Below, piece after piece: positions 36,882 through 47,092 of a DNA stretch of 64,000 nucleotides (its first letter is position 1; every line of letters starts with the position of its first letter). The translations under genes were made by a program, and so were the position numbers. The stretch lies in IMG/VR virus record IMGVR_UViG_3300035212_003113, positions 248,001-312,000 of that record. One strand, 5' to 3'. The notes under the pieces are model-generated. The model was given only the letters and a program-made list of their open reading frames with translations, searched no databases and was not told the origin of the DNA.

Positions 36882-37162
36882 ACAAGCACCCATGGGAGTT
36901 GGGGATTGAAACAATGTCCCCGCTCCTTCTTGCTTGGTACAGGTCCAATATAGACAGAGATGCCAAAGAACAGGCAGATGATTATATAGCAATAGCGGAG
37001 TATTTAGCTAGCTTCTCGAACCCAAAGGCCGTAGAGCAGGTACAAAGCGCTCGTCGGCGCCCCAAAGAAGAAACAAGCGAAGGTATGCTGCGGACTCTGC
37101 GTGCAATCTCCGGCAAGCATCTGACCGACGAGCAAATCAAAAAGAACATTACTCAGAAGTAG
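36866..37162 (+). CDS. Second tail chaperone segment (lambda T analog), probably expressed mainly as a frameshift fusion
   Basis: In the -1 frame relative to the upstream gene and open back to 36785; no properly spaced SD before ATG 36866; directly precedes the tape measure gene. Confidence 0.7.
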   Translation: MSKALHKHPWELGIETMSPLLLAWYRSNIDRDAKEQADDYIAIAEYLASFSNPKAVEQVQSARRRPKEETSEGMLRTLRAISGKHLTDEQIKKNITQK

Positions 37163-37169
37163 GCGATAA

Positions 37170-39314
37170 GTGGACGACATTAGCCTTGAAAATATTCAAA
37201 AGCTGCTTTCTCAGTCTGGTAATTCCGATACCAAGGTTGACGATGGCACTTTGAACAAGCTAAAAGATTGGGCCAACAAGGCGTCTAAGCTACTAACGGG
37301 CATGGGCTTTGATTCGTCAGAGATGAAGAATAAGATTACGGATGCCCTTGTCTCAGCGGGCAAAAAAGGCATCAGCGGCATCAATGAGCTTCTGAAGAGT
37401 ACGATTGGTCAGGGCTTTACCGTAGACACTGTTTATAATATGCTCGGCCTTGATACTTTCAAGGCTGATGCAGAAAATACTCTTGGTGCCTTAAAGGGCG
37501 TGCTACAGGATACTGGTATAATTCCAATAGAACTTTCACTTGACTCTGCCGAGGTTCAAGTAGAAAAACTGAAGGAAATGATAGGGAAAGGCGGTCTCAG
37601 CAAGCTGGCCATATCTTTTGGCGCAACCAAGCTCGCTGACCAGTTGCGCACGGTAAGGACACAATACACCGAGCCACTAACCAAGGATCTGGATGATTTA
37701 AGAATTACAGCAGGCGCTATTTTTGCAGTGAGGTCAAATCCATTCGGGGCGATTCGTGAAGATGTGACCGCGAGCACAGAATCTCTTAAGGTTTTTCAGC
37801 AAAAGTTTGCCAGAGAGGCCATTGCCTTGCAGTTCAGTCTAGGTATCGATGCTACTGACGCCAAGCGAGAGCTGCAGAGTGTCTACGCTGGGCTTGATGA
37901 TTCTCTTAGGCAGTTGTCTGGATTCTCTATAAAGAGTGGTGATCAAAACATTGAGGGTGCTGAGGCGGTAGTTGTCGCTGCGAAGGCAATTGGAGTCGAG
38001 GTACAAGAAATCACAGGCGATATAAATGAGATGACTTCTCGCTTTGGGCTTTCTGGAGAGCAGGCCGCCGAGAGAATAATGACTATAGGTAAGGCATCTG
38101 CCGCCTCTGGTCTTAGCATGAGGGCCTTCAAAGATCTTGTTATGGACAGCGCCGGTCAGTTTGGCAGCTTTGGAGATGCCACAGAGGAGTCTGCCGCACT
38201 GCTTGAGCGCTTTACAAAGAACGCCAGCCGTGAGCGCATGAAGGCCGTAACTGATGCATTCAAGGGCGTTGCTAGCGGAATAGCAGGTATGACGGATGAG
38301 ATGAAAGCATTCGTCTCTATGGGTACCGAACTTTCTGGTGGCGGCGGTGCAATTGAGTCCATAGTGCGCTTAGAAGAGGCCATGCAGTCTGGTGACAAAG
38401 ATGCTCTTCAGGGCATTTTTGATGAGACGATGGCCAGGATCGAGGAGCTCACGGGCTCGCCGCTCATGACCATGCAGGAGGCCGTTTCGTCCGGCCAAGA
38501 AAGTACATTTTATCAGCAGGCTGCTCTTGCAAAGCAATTCGGCTTCGCAGGAAACCGGGCGCAAGCGAGCGACGTATTCTCTGCATACCGAACAGGCACA
38601 GTTGACATAGGTGATATCAAAGACCGCCAGATGCCAGCTGATCTTGGTACGCAGGCTAGAGAGAAGATGGCCGGTCAGATGGGTGCCGGCGAGATGGCTG
38701 AGAACTTGCTGCGCGGAGTAGCTGCTCAGCAAAAATTCAATGCTCTCTGGGCAGATACGACAACCTCTTTCATGGCCCAGACACAGGATCTTGGTAAAAA
38801 GTTAGTGGACATAACTGGTCAATTTACTAAAGCTGAGGACATAATCTCTGCATACGTTAGTGATCCTAAGTTAAAGCAGGCTGCGGCTGGCAAAGATGTA
38901 CCCAAGGGCACTACTCGAGAGACTGCAGCCTCTGCCATGGAGGCTCAGGGGACGGCAGGGGTAGGTAGGACTGGAACGATGACAGAGGCGCAGGCCTATG
39001 CAGGTGTCGTAATAGATGCTTCGCGTTTTGAGGCCGGGCTCGTGGCAGGCATTACTCCTGCTGTCAGCGCATCTATAGCTGCTGCAACCGCTGCTATTAC
39101 AGAAACAGTGATAAAGAACGCCTCAAATGCTGCTGCGGGCGGGGCTGCAGGTGTCATCCCCGCTGCTGCCGTAGTTGGTGCTAATCAGCCACCCGTCAAT
39201 ATCCAGGTAGAGGTAACCGTCAAAGGAAGCGATCTAAAAGACATGATCGAAGTCAAGGCTAAGCCAATCGCTGCCCAAGCGGCGCGCTGGTCTGCCGGCA
39301 TGCCCAATCCGTAA
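37170..39314 (+). CDS. Tape measure protein
   Basis: 714 aa, predominantly helical and Ala/Gly/Glu-rich, following the chaperones; GTG start. Confidence 0.75.
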   Translation: MDDISLENIQKLLSQSGNSDTKVDDGTLNKLKDWANKASKLLTGMGFDSSEMKNKITDALVSAGKKGISGINELLKSTIGQGFTVDTVYNMLGLDTFKADAENTLGALKGVLQDTGIIPIELSLDSAEVQVEKLKEMIGKGGLSKLAISFGATKLADQLRTVRTQYTEPLTKDLDDLRITAGAIFAVRSNPFGAIREDVTASTESLKVFQQKFAREAIALQFSLGIDATDAKRELQSVYAGLDDSLRQLSGFSIKSGDQNIEGAEAVVVAAKAIGVEVQEITGDINEMTSRFGLSGEQAAERIMTIGKASAASGLSMRAFKDLVMDSAGQFGSFGDATEESAALLERFTKNASRERMKAVTDAFKGVASGIAGMTDEMKAFVSMGTELSGGGGAIESIVRLEEAMQSGDKDALQGIFDETMARIEELTGSPLMTMQEAVSSGQESTFYQQAALAKQFGFAGNRAQASDVFSAYRTGTVDIGDIKDRQMPADLGTQAREKMAGQMGAGEMAENLLRGVAAQQKFNALWADTTTSFMAQTQDLGKKLVDITGQFTKAEDIISAYVSDPKLKQAAAGKDVPKGTTRETAASAMEAQGTAGVGRTGTMTEAQAYAGVVIDASRFEAGLVAGITPAVSASIAAATAAITETVIKNASNAAAGGAAGVIPAAAVVGANQPPVNIQVEVTVKGSDLKDMIEVKAKPIAAQAARWSAGMPNP

Positions 39315-39324
39315 AAACTAACAC

Positions 39325-40191
39325 ATGGTAGACAATAAAAGATTCCTAATAAACAAGACCGGTCTCACTGCAGCCTATCGCACGCAGCGTGACGTAATCA
39401 TATGGCGTACGCCTGGTCTTGGTTTTATAGAGATGTACATAAATCCGCAACAGGTACGCATCTCGCAGCGCAAGGTCTCCACGTCTACTCGCACTAAAGC
39501 AGGTTTTGTCTACCAGTATGCTGGTGAAGATTTGACAACTATCGCTATAGATGGCACAACCGGCAGCGCTGGTATAGAAGGCATAAATCTTCTTGAGAAA
39601 GTGTATCGTGCCGAGCAGATAAGATTTGAGCAGATTGCTTCTACTACAGAGACACAGCAAGCCCTTGGTAATGCAGGTTCTTCAATAGGCTCCGCCTTTA
39701 CGAGTGCATTTGGCTCACCTAATTCAAATTCGCCAGTAGATATTTTTGGCTCTGTCTTAGAGTTCGGTAGCAATCTTATTGGAGCCGATCCTTTTGAGCA
39801 GCCGTATCCAACTCTAGCAACTCTTGCATCAGCAGTAGAGATGAACTACCAGGGCGTTACATATCGTGGTTATTTTACTGAGTTTTCTTATACGGAAAGC
39901 GCTCAGAGTCCGGGTCTATTTGACTACAACATATCTTTCACATCTTACGCAAAGAGTGGCGAGCGTCTTAACTTTATGCCATGGCACAGGCGCCCTGATG
40001 GTCAATCCAACAGCGACAGACTGGATAATTTCAGTATCTCTGATGTGACTGATCCAAATGCCCCTCCAGAAACAGATGCTAATTCTGGTGCTCCTCCTGT
40101 CGATACTTCTGGAATCCAGAAGGCTCTTGCTGGCAGAAAGTTAATCGGCATTGGCGCGTTTACCGGAGAGGACTTGACCGATAATGAATAG
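39325..40191 (+). CDS. Tail tube initiator / baseplate organiser
   Basis: MYINPQQVRISQRK..RTKAG..QYAGEDLTTIAIDGTTG..YRGYFTEFSYTESA..FDYNISF pattern, directly after the tape measure gene. Confidence 0.65.
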   Translation: MVDNKRFLINKTGLTAAYRTQRDVIIWRTPGLGFIEMYINPQQVRISQRKVSTSTRTKAGFVYQYAGEDLTTIAIDGTTGSAGIEGINLLEKVYRAEQIRFEQIASTTETQQALGNAGSSIGSAFTSAFGSPNSNSPVDIFGSVLEFGSNLIGADPFEQPYPTLATLASAVEMNYQGVTYRGYFTEFSYTESAQSPGLFDYNISFTSYAKSGERLNFMPWHRRPDGQSNSDRLDNFSISDVTDPNAPPETDANSGAPPVDTSGIQKALAGRKLIGIGAFTGEDLTDNE

Positions 40192-40221
40192 ACTGCTGTA
40201 GCGCGGCGGTAAGGAACAGGC

Positions 40222-43200
40222 ATGGCCATTTTAACAGGTACTGCAAGAAATAGATTCGCTGGGTTTTCAGAATCAAATGCTATGGGTGCATCTGATGGCA
40301 CGAAGGGCATTACCGATGGCGTTCTCGGCTTTTTTGAGTCACTCGCACAGCATGCCGATCAGTTTCAGCCATCCTTTACAGAAGACGGCTTCTATGAAAG
40401 CCCAGCTATAGTCGCGCCCGGTGTGCGCCCAACATCAGAGAAAATCCCTTCTCAGCGCCGCCATATTACTCAGAGGCCCAAGGCCACTGTTTTTATCAAG
40501 AAGAAGCAATTTGGTTCTCTTGCTAGTAATAATGAACTGCGCATGCTTGATGAGGATGAGAAGCTATACTTGCGCTGCGTAAAAGCACTATTCCGTCGCA
40601 AGTGCGAAGAGATGGCGTTTCACGAGAGCCTTGTCAACATCTCTTCGATATATGAAACCAGCGGATTTCTTCTTACGGATGATCTGCTCGATAGCTCGCT
40701 TGATTATGTGATCAATGTTGTTGGCTCGCTATCCGGAGCGAGTGATATAATCTCTTCTATTGGCTCAAGCTCTTTTCTTGGCTCCCAGATGGGATTTGAA
40801 GATCGCTTTCTTTCATTCATGCAAGGCCTTTATAGAGCAAAGCAGCGCAGTCAGCGCAGTCGTGCGTCCGCATTTACGCGCTGGGTAGATGACCCAGCAG
40901 AGCCGGATTATGCAGGACTGGGGCCTGGCACCGGCACGATTGAGCTAAACATGGTAAGCTCACTCAGCTCTTCGTGCGGCCTTAATGACGGCAGCTCATC
41001 CCTAGAGATAGAGGATCCGTATCAACTAATGCTTATTACGGCCGCAGATATCGAGAATGCACTGTATATTGCAACTTCGCGTTCATATCAGATATCCAGA
41101 TTCTATGATGCGACTGCCTCTTTCCGACTCGCGATTGCACAGAATGCAGACCGCCGTCTCAATTTCCTGCGCCAGAAGCGCGGCGAGAAAGAGATATCCT
41201 TTGAGTTTGTTGAGAATGACACCGGAGAGATGCAGCCAACTGCGACTCTTGGATATGTAGATGCGGCCAAACTAAAGTATTACCAGTGGGTCGGCGGCAT
41301 CTTGAGTGCTGATGACAAGGAGGAAGCAACAGGGGTCGGTCTTAACGCTGAAGATATAGTTCTTGTCAATCAGATTGTCTCTAATCTCCGGCAGTATCGT
41401 GATGCGACCACGATCCCTCCTGCTCAGCCAGGCCTAAATGCATCTGAATCCGATCTTCGCAGGCTTTCTAAACTACGCGATAAGATGCGCAGAGACTTCC
41501 TGGGTCAGCACGTTATACAGCCAATGGATCAGATAACGCTATTCGCGAATAGTAATACATACGACGTCACGCCGGTGGGGGGCATAGTAGATGTATTGAG
41601 TGGTGCCTCTGCACGCTTAACCGATACGCTTGATCCGCAACTCATTGAGCAGGAGCGGGCCGACATTCTTGGCTCCAATAGCGGCACTGATCCGCTCAGT
41701 TTTGCCAATGATCTTGGTCTCGCCGCGCTCTATAATTCTATCCGCAAAAAGAATATATTTAGAGACGACGGCGCCTGCATATTCTCTGGCTTAGCAGAGC
41801 AGATCTCTGATAGGTATGACTCATCTGGCGGTACGTTCAAGGTTAGCGTATCTTGTCAATCGAACCTGCAATACCTACAGGTAAGCCGATACACATTCAA
41901 GCCTGACCTCAATAATACACTAGGAGCTGTTAATGATCCGCTTACGCCTTTTAATTTAGACGCGGCGGTCGACCCTGCCAGCGGTCTGATTATAGCAGAT
42001 AAGTTTGAGCTAAGTGACAAAAACAAAGAACGCCTTGATTTCCTGCGCATTGCCTCTGGGCCTCTTGTCTCTAAGAAGCTAAGAGGCATAGACGATATAC
42101 TCTCTGATAAGCGCAATGGCTTGGCCATAATCTCTCACACGCCTGGACTTGCATACAAGTGGAAAGAAGGCATTATTTCTGTTGCTCTTGATGCTCCAGG
42201 CGGTGGCGGTAATCCTGGTGGTATCTCGTCTCTTAGGCAGCCGTTTGCAAAGCTTGATGCGGCAAACATTGCCAGTATACTCATTACTGGGCAGCCATAT
42301 GATTACGCTACCTTTCTAGAGGGCGTCTCAAAGGTCAGTGGTACATCATCGAACCCCACCAATCTTGCTAGAGATTTTTTCAATTATCTGTTCGAGTATA
42401 CCGACAGGGTGAAGAAATACTATGGCAATTTTATACCAGCCAAGGACCGCACTCTAGACAAAGACTCTGTGATGGCATATTACCAAGCCAAGAATGCTCT
42501 AACAGCTCTAAACACAAGAGCAAACCGACTTATAACAAAGTTAAATGAGCTGAGCCGGCAACAGAAGGTCGGACAGGGTACTTCTACTGATCAGCAGAAA
42601 CTTCAGGACGAGATAATCCGCATCTCATCAGAGATATCTGAGCTTCAGACCAAGGCTCTGCCTAGCGGCGTACAGCTTTCTTTAGAGGGAAATAATGCTT
42701 TCCTGTCTGTAGATGCTATCGACAGGGTTCAGGCAGATCGGGAGATACTGTACAAGACCAAGCGCAAACCCGAAGACGTACGATTCAACAAGGACAAGAA
42801 TTACTTTATTGTGTCCTCTGACTACGACACCGAGTTTATCATACAGGCATTTGCTGCGAGCCTCGGCAATTTCTCTATGTACGATGCAGAATACAGCTCT
42901 CCGCTTGAAACGATTCGGGCAGCAGTCAGCGCTCTGCAGCTCGAGTTCTTTGCTGATCCAGATGGAAACCTTGTATTGCGCCCGCCGCGCTATAATCGTA
43001 CACCACTTAGTCTGATGCTGGACATGATCCGGAGAATGCCTCCTGGTCAGGGCTCCATGTTGCCAGCATTCGTTAGAAATGTCCTGGCATCGCGGACCAA
43101 TAGCCTAAAAGATGCGATCTTCAAGAACGAGCTTAACATTGCCAAAGATCTTTATTCAATTGGTCTTTCAGAAAGCGAAGTCTCTGGCAATGAGGGCAGC

Positions 43201-44961
43201 GTTTTTCCGTTTATAACTCGCTCTTCTGGCAATGCTTCTGGCGCAGTAAGCTCGCCATTTCAGCTGAATGAGACTGCAGTAATTTCCGAGATGGAGCGTG
43301 TCTTCTCTCCTGGTACAGGCGGCAGCATTACATCTAGCTTTGTATTCGGTCCTGCATCAAGAGTGAAGACGATAGACCGAGTGGTTGCAAATAAGGAGAA
43401 TGAGAATGCAGACGTGCAGCAGCGCCTCACAGACGTCATTATCGCAATTCGCAGCTTAGCCGGAGAGTCGGTGAGCGATGTGCTTGTTAGCAAGGCAGAA
43501 ACAGAGGCAAAGGCAGCTCTCGCAAAGTTAAAGCTAGATAATATCCGCGGTCTTGTGGCTGCTAAACTTACCTCGATATCCGGCCATTTAAATGACCGGA
43601 GAACGCTACTCCGGTCTCTTTATGACACCATAAAGAGAGAGAGTGCTGGCGCTGTATCACCGCTTGAACAAGTAGGTGCCTCTGCGCTCGCAGCCATGGG
43701 AACTGACTTCCAGTCTGCTATTGGTATCTTCGGAAGCATGTCCGGCGCATCTTTGCCGCCAGTATTAGAGAATCTAGTTGAAAATGATTTAACAAATACA
43801 GATGGACCAGGAAGTGCAAAACGCTTTATCATAAATGATGCAGTGGTTATATCTGGTAGCTTTTCACATCGGCCTCCTGAGTACAATCAAGTATCAGTAA
43901 CAGGCGCCTTGGACTTTATATCTCCTGAAGCCAGCGGTACAATCGGTGAGCTACCTGCGCTCACTGCAGTTGCTACAGATTTCGACTCGTGGCGACAGTA
44001 CGGCTTTAGAGACAACTCTCCAATCCGTCGTCCAGATATGACTTCTGCGGAGACTCAGTGCGCGCCTTATGCTTCTCTAATGCTTGCAACTCAGCGCAAG
44101 AAGATTCACTCTGGCCGCATCACAGTCATTGGTAACGAGTATTATCGTCCAGGCGATAACGTATATCTTTCGTATCGCAATATGATTTATTATGTTACGA
44201 ACGTCAGCCACAATTTAAGCCTAAATGATGGTAGCTTTACTACTGAGCTTGATCTGGCTTATGGCAGACCTCCTGGCGAAATCATTCCGACGCCTCTTGA
44301 TATAATCGGTGCTGCGCCGAGCGGTGCTTCTTTCTTAACCAAAAAGTATCGTATGGCAAATTCTCAGGACCGCGCATCTACTCAGACTGCAAAAGGTCCG
44401 ACAATACTTAATCTAGGAACTTTTCACATTTCTCCGGCACTTAGACAAAGAGTTGGCACAACACGTCCTACAGAGCTGATGAGCACAATAGTTAAAGCCA
44501 ATGGATCAGAGCTAGATAATGTAGTGCTAAAGGCTCGAGCCCGCGTACTAGCATCTCCTACTCAGGCAGGAAAAAGTGCAAAGATAGAAGTAAGGGGATA
44601 TTATATCTCGGCAGAAGGTGATGTTCAAAAATCTGCCGTTGATACATGTTCCGGAATGATCTCCAGACTTATTGCCGAAAGGTTATCAGGTGGCGGAGCA
44701 CCTCCTGTTTCAAAAACAACAGACGATGGTTCACGATCCACGGGTCAAGCTCAGGCAACCAGTAGCCCCGGCGCGAACAGCCCGATTGCAGTCAGTCATA
44801 GGGTTATAGATATATCTGCTGATTTTAGCGATGAAGAGCGGTTGCAGATGCCATTCCCATCCGAAGATGCATGGCTTTCTGCTTCGCCAGTAAAGGTATC
44901 AGAGACCAAGACGATAGATTTGCCTGTAAATGCATTTGACATAGTCTTTGTTATAACCTAA
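40222..44961 (+). CDS. Baseplate hub (gp27/GpD-like) with very large insertions
   Basis: LEFFADPDGNLVLRPPRY; YNQVSVTG; YGFR; GRITVIGNEYYRPGDNVY..YYVTNVSHN..FTTELDL match hub signatures. Confidence 0.75.
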   Translation: MAILTGTARNRFAGFSESNAMGASDGTKGITDGVLGFFESLAQHADQFQPSFTEDGFYESPAIVAPGVRPTSEKIPSQRRHITQRPKATVFIKKKQFGSLASNNELRMLDEDEKLYLRCVKALFRRKCEEMAFHESLVNISSIYETSGFLLTDDLLDSSLDYVINVVGSLSGASDIISSIGSSSFLGSQMGFEDRFLSFMQGLYRAKQRSQRSRASAFTRWVDDPAEPDYAGLGPGTGTIELNMVSSLSSSCGLNDGSSSLEIEDPYQLMLITAADIENALYIATSRSYQISRFYDATASFRLAIAQNADRRLNFLRQKRGEKEISFEFVENDTGEMQPTATLGYVDAAKLKYYQWVGGILSADDKEEATGVGLNAEDIVLVNQIVSNLRQYRDATTIPPAQPGLNASESDLRRLSKLRDKMRRDFLGQHVIQPMDQITLFANSNTYDVTPVGGIVDVLSGASARLTDTLDPQLIEQERADILGSNSGTDPLSFANDLGLAALYNSIRKKNIFRDDGACIFSGLAEQISDRYDSSGGTFKVSVSCQSNLQYLQVSRYTFKPDLNNTLGAVNDPLTPFNLDAAVDPASGLIIADKFELSDKNKERLDFLRIASGPLVSKKLRGIDDILSDKRNGLAIISHTPGLAYKWKEGIISVALDAPGGGGNPGGISSLRQPFAKLDAANIASILITGQPYDYATFLEGVSKVSGTSSNPTNLARDFFNYLFEYTDRVKKYYGNFIPAKDRTLDKDSVMAYYQAKNALTALNTRANRLITKLNELSRQQKVGQGTSTDQQKLQDEIIRISSEISELQTKALPSGVQLSLEGNNAFLSVDAIDRVQADREILYKTKRKPEDVRFNKDKNYFIVSSDYDTEFIIQAFAASLGNFSMYDAEYSSPLETIRAAVSALQLEFFADPDGNLVLRPPRYNRTPLSLMLDMIRRMPPGQGSMLPAFVRNVLASRTNSLKDAIFKNELNIAKDLYSIGLSESEVSGNEGSVFPFITRSSGNASGAVSSPFQLNETAVISEMERVFSPGTGGSITSSFVFGPASRVKTIDRVVANKENENADVQQRLTDVIIAIRSLAGESVSDVLVSKAETEAKAALAKLKLDNIRGLVAAKLTSISGHLNDRRTLLRSLYDTIKRESAGAVSPLEQVGASALAAMGTDFQSAIGIFGSMSGASLPPVLENLVENDLTNTDGPGSAKRFIINDAVVISGSFSHRPPEYNQVSVTGALDFISPEASGTIGELPALTAVATDFDSWRQYGFRDNSPIRRPDMTSAETQCAPYASLMLATQRKKIHSGRITVIGNEYYRPGDNVYLSYRNMIYYVTNVSHNLSLNDGSFTTELDLAYGRPPGEIIPTPLDIIGAAPSGASFLTKKYRMANSQDRASTQTAKGPTILNLGTFHISPALRQRVGTTRPTELMSTIVKANGSELDNVVLKARARVLASPTQAGKSAKIEVRGYYISAEGDVQKSAVDTCSGMISRLIAERLSGGGAPPVSKTTDDGSRSTGQAQATSSPGANSPIAVSHRVIDISADFSDEERLQMPFPSEDAWLSASPVKVSETKTIDLPVNAFDIVFVIT

Positions 44962-44962
44962 T

Positions 44963-47092
44963 ATGCCAAATCATCTCGACATTATTCCGAATATACTGCG
45001 CATAGCCACGATAGAAGAGGTGGCTGTTTCGCCTGGTGCGGCATTACCCTCCGTATGTACGATTAAATTTGATGATGCAGAAAGAACGGCAGAGGCATTC
45101 TTGCCTCATCCGGCAGGAGTTGGAGACCAGGGTCTTTTTATAGTGCCGAAAAAAGGCACCAGAGTTCTGGTTGGTCGTGGCGACAGCAACCGATTTTTCA
45201 TAGTATCATATTACACCGGTCCTTTTCTGAATTCTATTTCAGGTCAGTCACGCCTTGGATCGCTGTCTGTCAAGTCGTCGCCACCACCGCTATCTTCAAC
45301 TCCCGGCGAAGTGATAATAAACGGCAGTCGCGGGGCTTACTCGAAGTACGGAGTAGACGGAGAGATACTAAGCAAATTTGGTGATACTGGCTCGATATCA
45401 CTGAGCCCGAGTGCCACCATAGGGAAATATGCCAAGGGGGCGTACACAAGTCTTTCATCCGGATATCATGTATCCGGAGAAGTGCGGCGCGAGAGCGAGC
45501 CAACCGAATTCTGGAAGACCAAGGAGCGACTAGCTGGCACCGACTTTGATGGCGCGTTGCGCCCTATTGGTCGCGACCCTACGCTTCCTATTTCTTCTTA
45601 TACAAGCGGTCCAAATATTCACCGCAATCCTCCATTTGTAGAGCAGCGAAGTGTTGTGTACGAGTATGCCCGTGATTACTTAGTCAATGACGCAGCGATA
45701 GAAAAAAATCTTTATAAAGAGGCAAATCCAAGCCTTGGCATTAGTGACCTAAAGTTAGAGCGCCAAGGTAGCAGGACCGATGCATTTGGGATCGGGCCTT
45801 TACAATACAATGTCCTATCTGAAACCCTGTTGGGTACAGCGGTTGACGTTTACAAAAATATACTCGACCTAAATCGCAATCCAATTGCCCCTGAGCCAGG
45901 CGCATCTACTCCTGATCAACAGATATCTGCACAGTATGATGCTCTACGCCGCAGCATAAAATTTCATTTCGAGCTGAACTCGAGAAAAGCTACGGACAGC
46001 ATCACACTGGACTCAGACAATCCTGTATTTAGCGGTGGGCCGACTGGCTACCTTGCTGATCACTCTCGATGGAGTATCGATGTTGATGCCGAAGGTCAGA
46101 CGAAGATAAACATTCCGGCGTCTTCGTCAACTGGCAACATACCGGTTCACTCTAGATATGTGTCATCGTCTTTTTTGGCAACTGTTTCAGAGTCTGACTC
46201 TGACTTATCTAAGACTCATTACATGGTACGCAATCCTGGTAGCAGGGATTCCCTAAGCAGTAATAACTCTGAAGAGCTACGCAAAGATATTGTCCATTAT
46301 AACTATTCGAGCACATCTACGGAGAGCGGCGTCGAGATAGACGACAAGAATAGTCCAAAGTCGCAGAATACTCGCGCATTCCGATGGACAATGCCGCATC
46401 ATGACCCGGCCCTCTGGGATATTCTTAATCTAAAAACGCGTATTAGTGCTCTACCACACTGGTATCCAGATGGATCAGGCGTAAGCTCTGAGCAAAGCTA
46501 TCTTGGGCTGCTGGGCCGGCCAGTAATCCCAACCGGAGCTCTTACCAACTCTGCATCTGGCTATGTGTCATCCAATGGCATATATGTAAGCCCTAATGCA
46601 GGTGGCCGCAGTGTTAGCCTTAATCTCGACGGCAGTCTGGAAATGGCACTTGGTGCTGATCAGGCTAGCGGCAAATCTGCTATTATTGATGCGGCGGGAT
46701 CGCTAATCGCGCGCGTCGGCAAGGATTCTTCTTCGAATTCAATCGTATTGGCTGCAGATGGCGACACTACGCTTGTAGTTGGTGCAAGCAGCAAGAGCGG
46801 AGATGCCATAAGGATTCCAGGCGGGAACCTAAAGATATTTGTTCAGAATGCTGAAGGTGGTACCGCTGCCATAGAGATAATTGACGGAAACGTGCACATC
46901 AAGAGTGCTCCTAATAAGAATATCGTATTCGAGAGCTCTAGCAATATAATCTTAAGTGCAGGCCATAATGTGCTTATCAATGGCGAGCGCATCGGCTTCT
47001 ACGGCAAATATGAGAGCGATGGCAGCAAGGTCTATGGCGGCAAGGCAGGCGTAGGCGAGCGCCAGATGGTTCGTAATGGTCAGGTGATATAA
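44963..47092 (+). CDS. Baseplate central spike (gp5/gpV-like)
   Basis: N-terminal OB-fold pattern (ATIEEV..FLPHP..FIVPKKGTRVLVG) and C-terminal beta-helix/prism rungs (SVSLNLDGSLEMALG, IIDAAGSLIARVG, IVFESSSNIILSAG). Confidence 0.72.
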   Translation: MPNHLDIIPNILRIATIEEVAVSPGAALPSVCTIKFDDAERTAEAFLPHPAGVGDQGLFIVPKKGTRVLVGRGDSNRFFIVSYYTGPFLNSISGQSRLGSLSVKSSPPPLSSTPGEVIINGSRGAYSKYGVDGEILSKFGDTGSISLSPSATIGKYAKGAYTSLSSGYHVSGEVRRESEPTEFWKTKERLAGTDFDGALRPIGRDPTLPISSYTSGPNIHRNPPFVEQRSVVYEYARDYLVNDAAIEKNLYKEANPSLGISDLKLERQGSRTDAFGIGPLQYNVLSETLLGTAVDVYKNILDLNRNPIAPEPGASTPDQQISAQYDALRRSIKFHFELNSRKATDSITLDSDNPVFSGGPTGYLADHSRWSIDVDAEGQTKINIPASSSTGNIPVHSRYVSSSFLATVSESDSDLSKTHYMVRNPGSRDSLSSNNSEELRKDIVHYNYSSTSTESGVEIDDKNSPKSQNTRAFRWTMPHHDPALWDILNLKTRISALPHWYPDGSGVSSEQSYLGLLGRPVIPTGALTNSASGYVSSNGIYVSPNAGGRSVSLNLDGSLEMALGADQASGKSAIIDAAGSLIARVGKDSSSNSIVLAADGDTTLVVGASSKSGDAIRIPGGNLKIFVQNAEGGTAAIEIIDGNVHIKSAPNKNIVFESSSNIILSAGHNVLINGERIGFYGKYESDGSKVYGGKAGVGERQMVRNGQVI

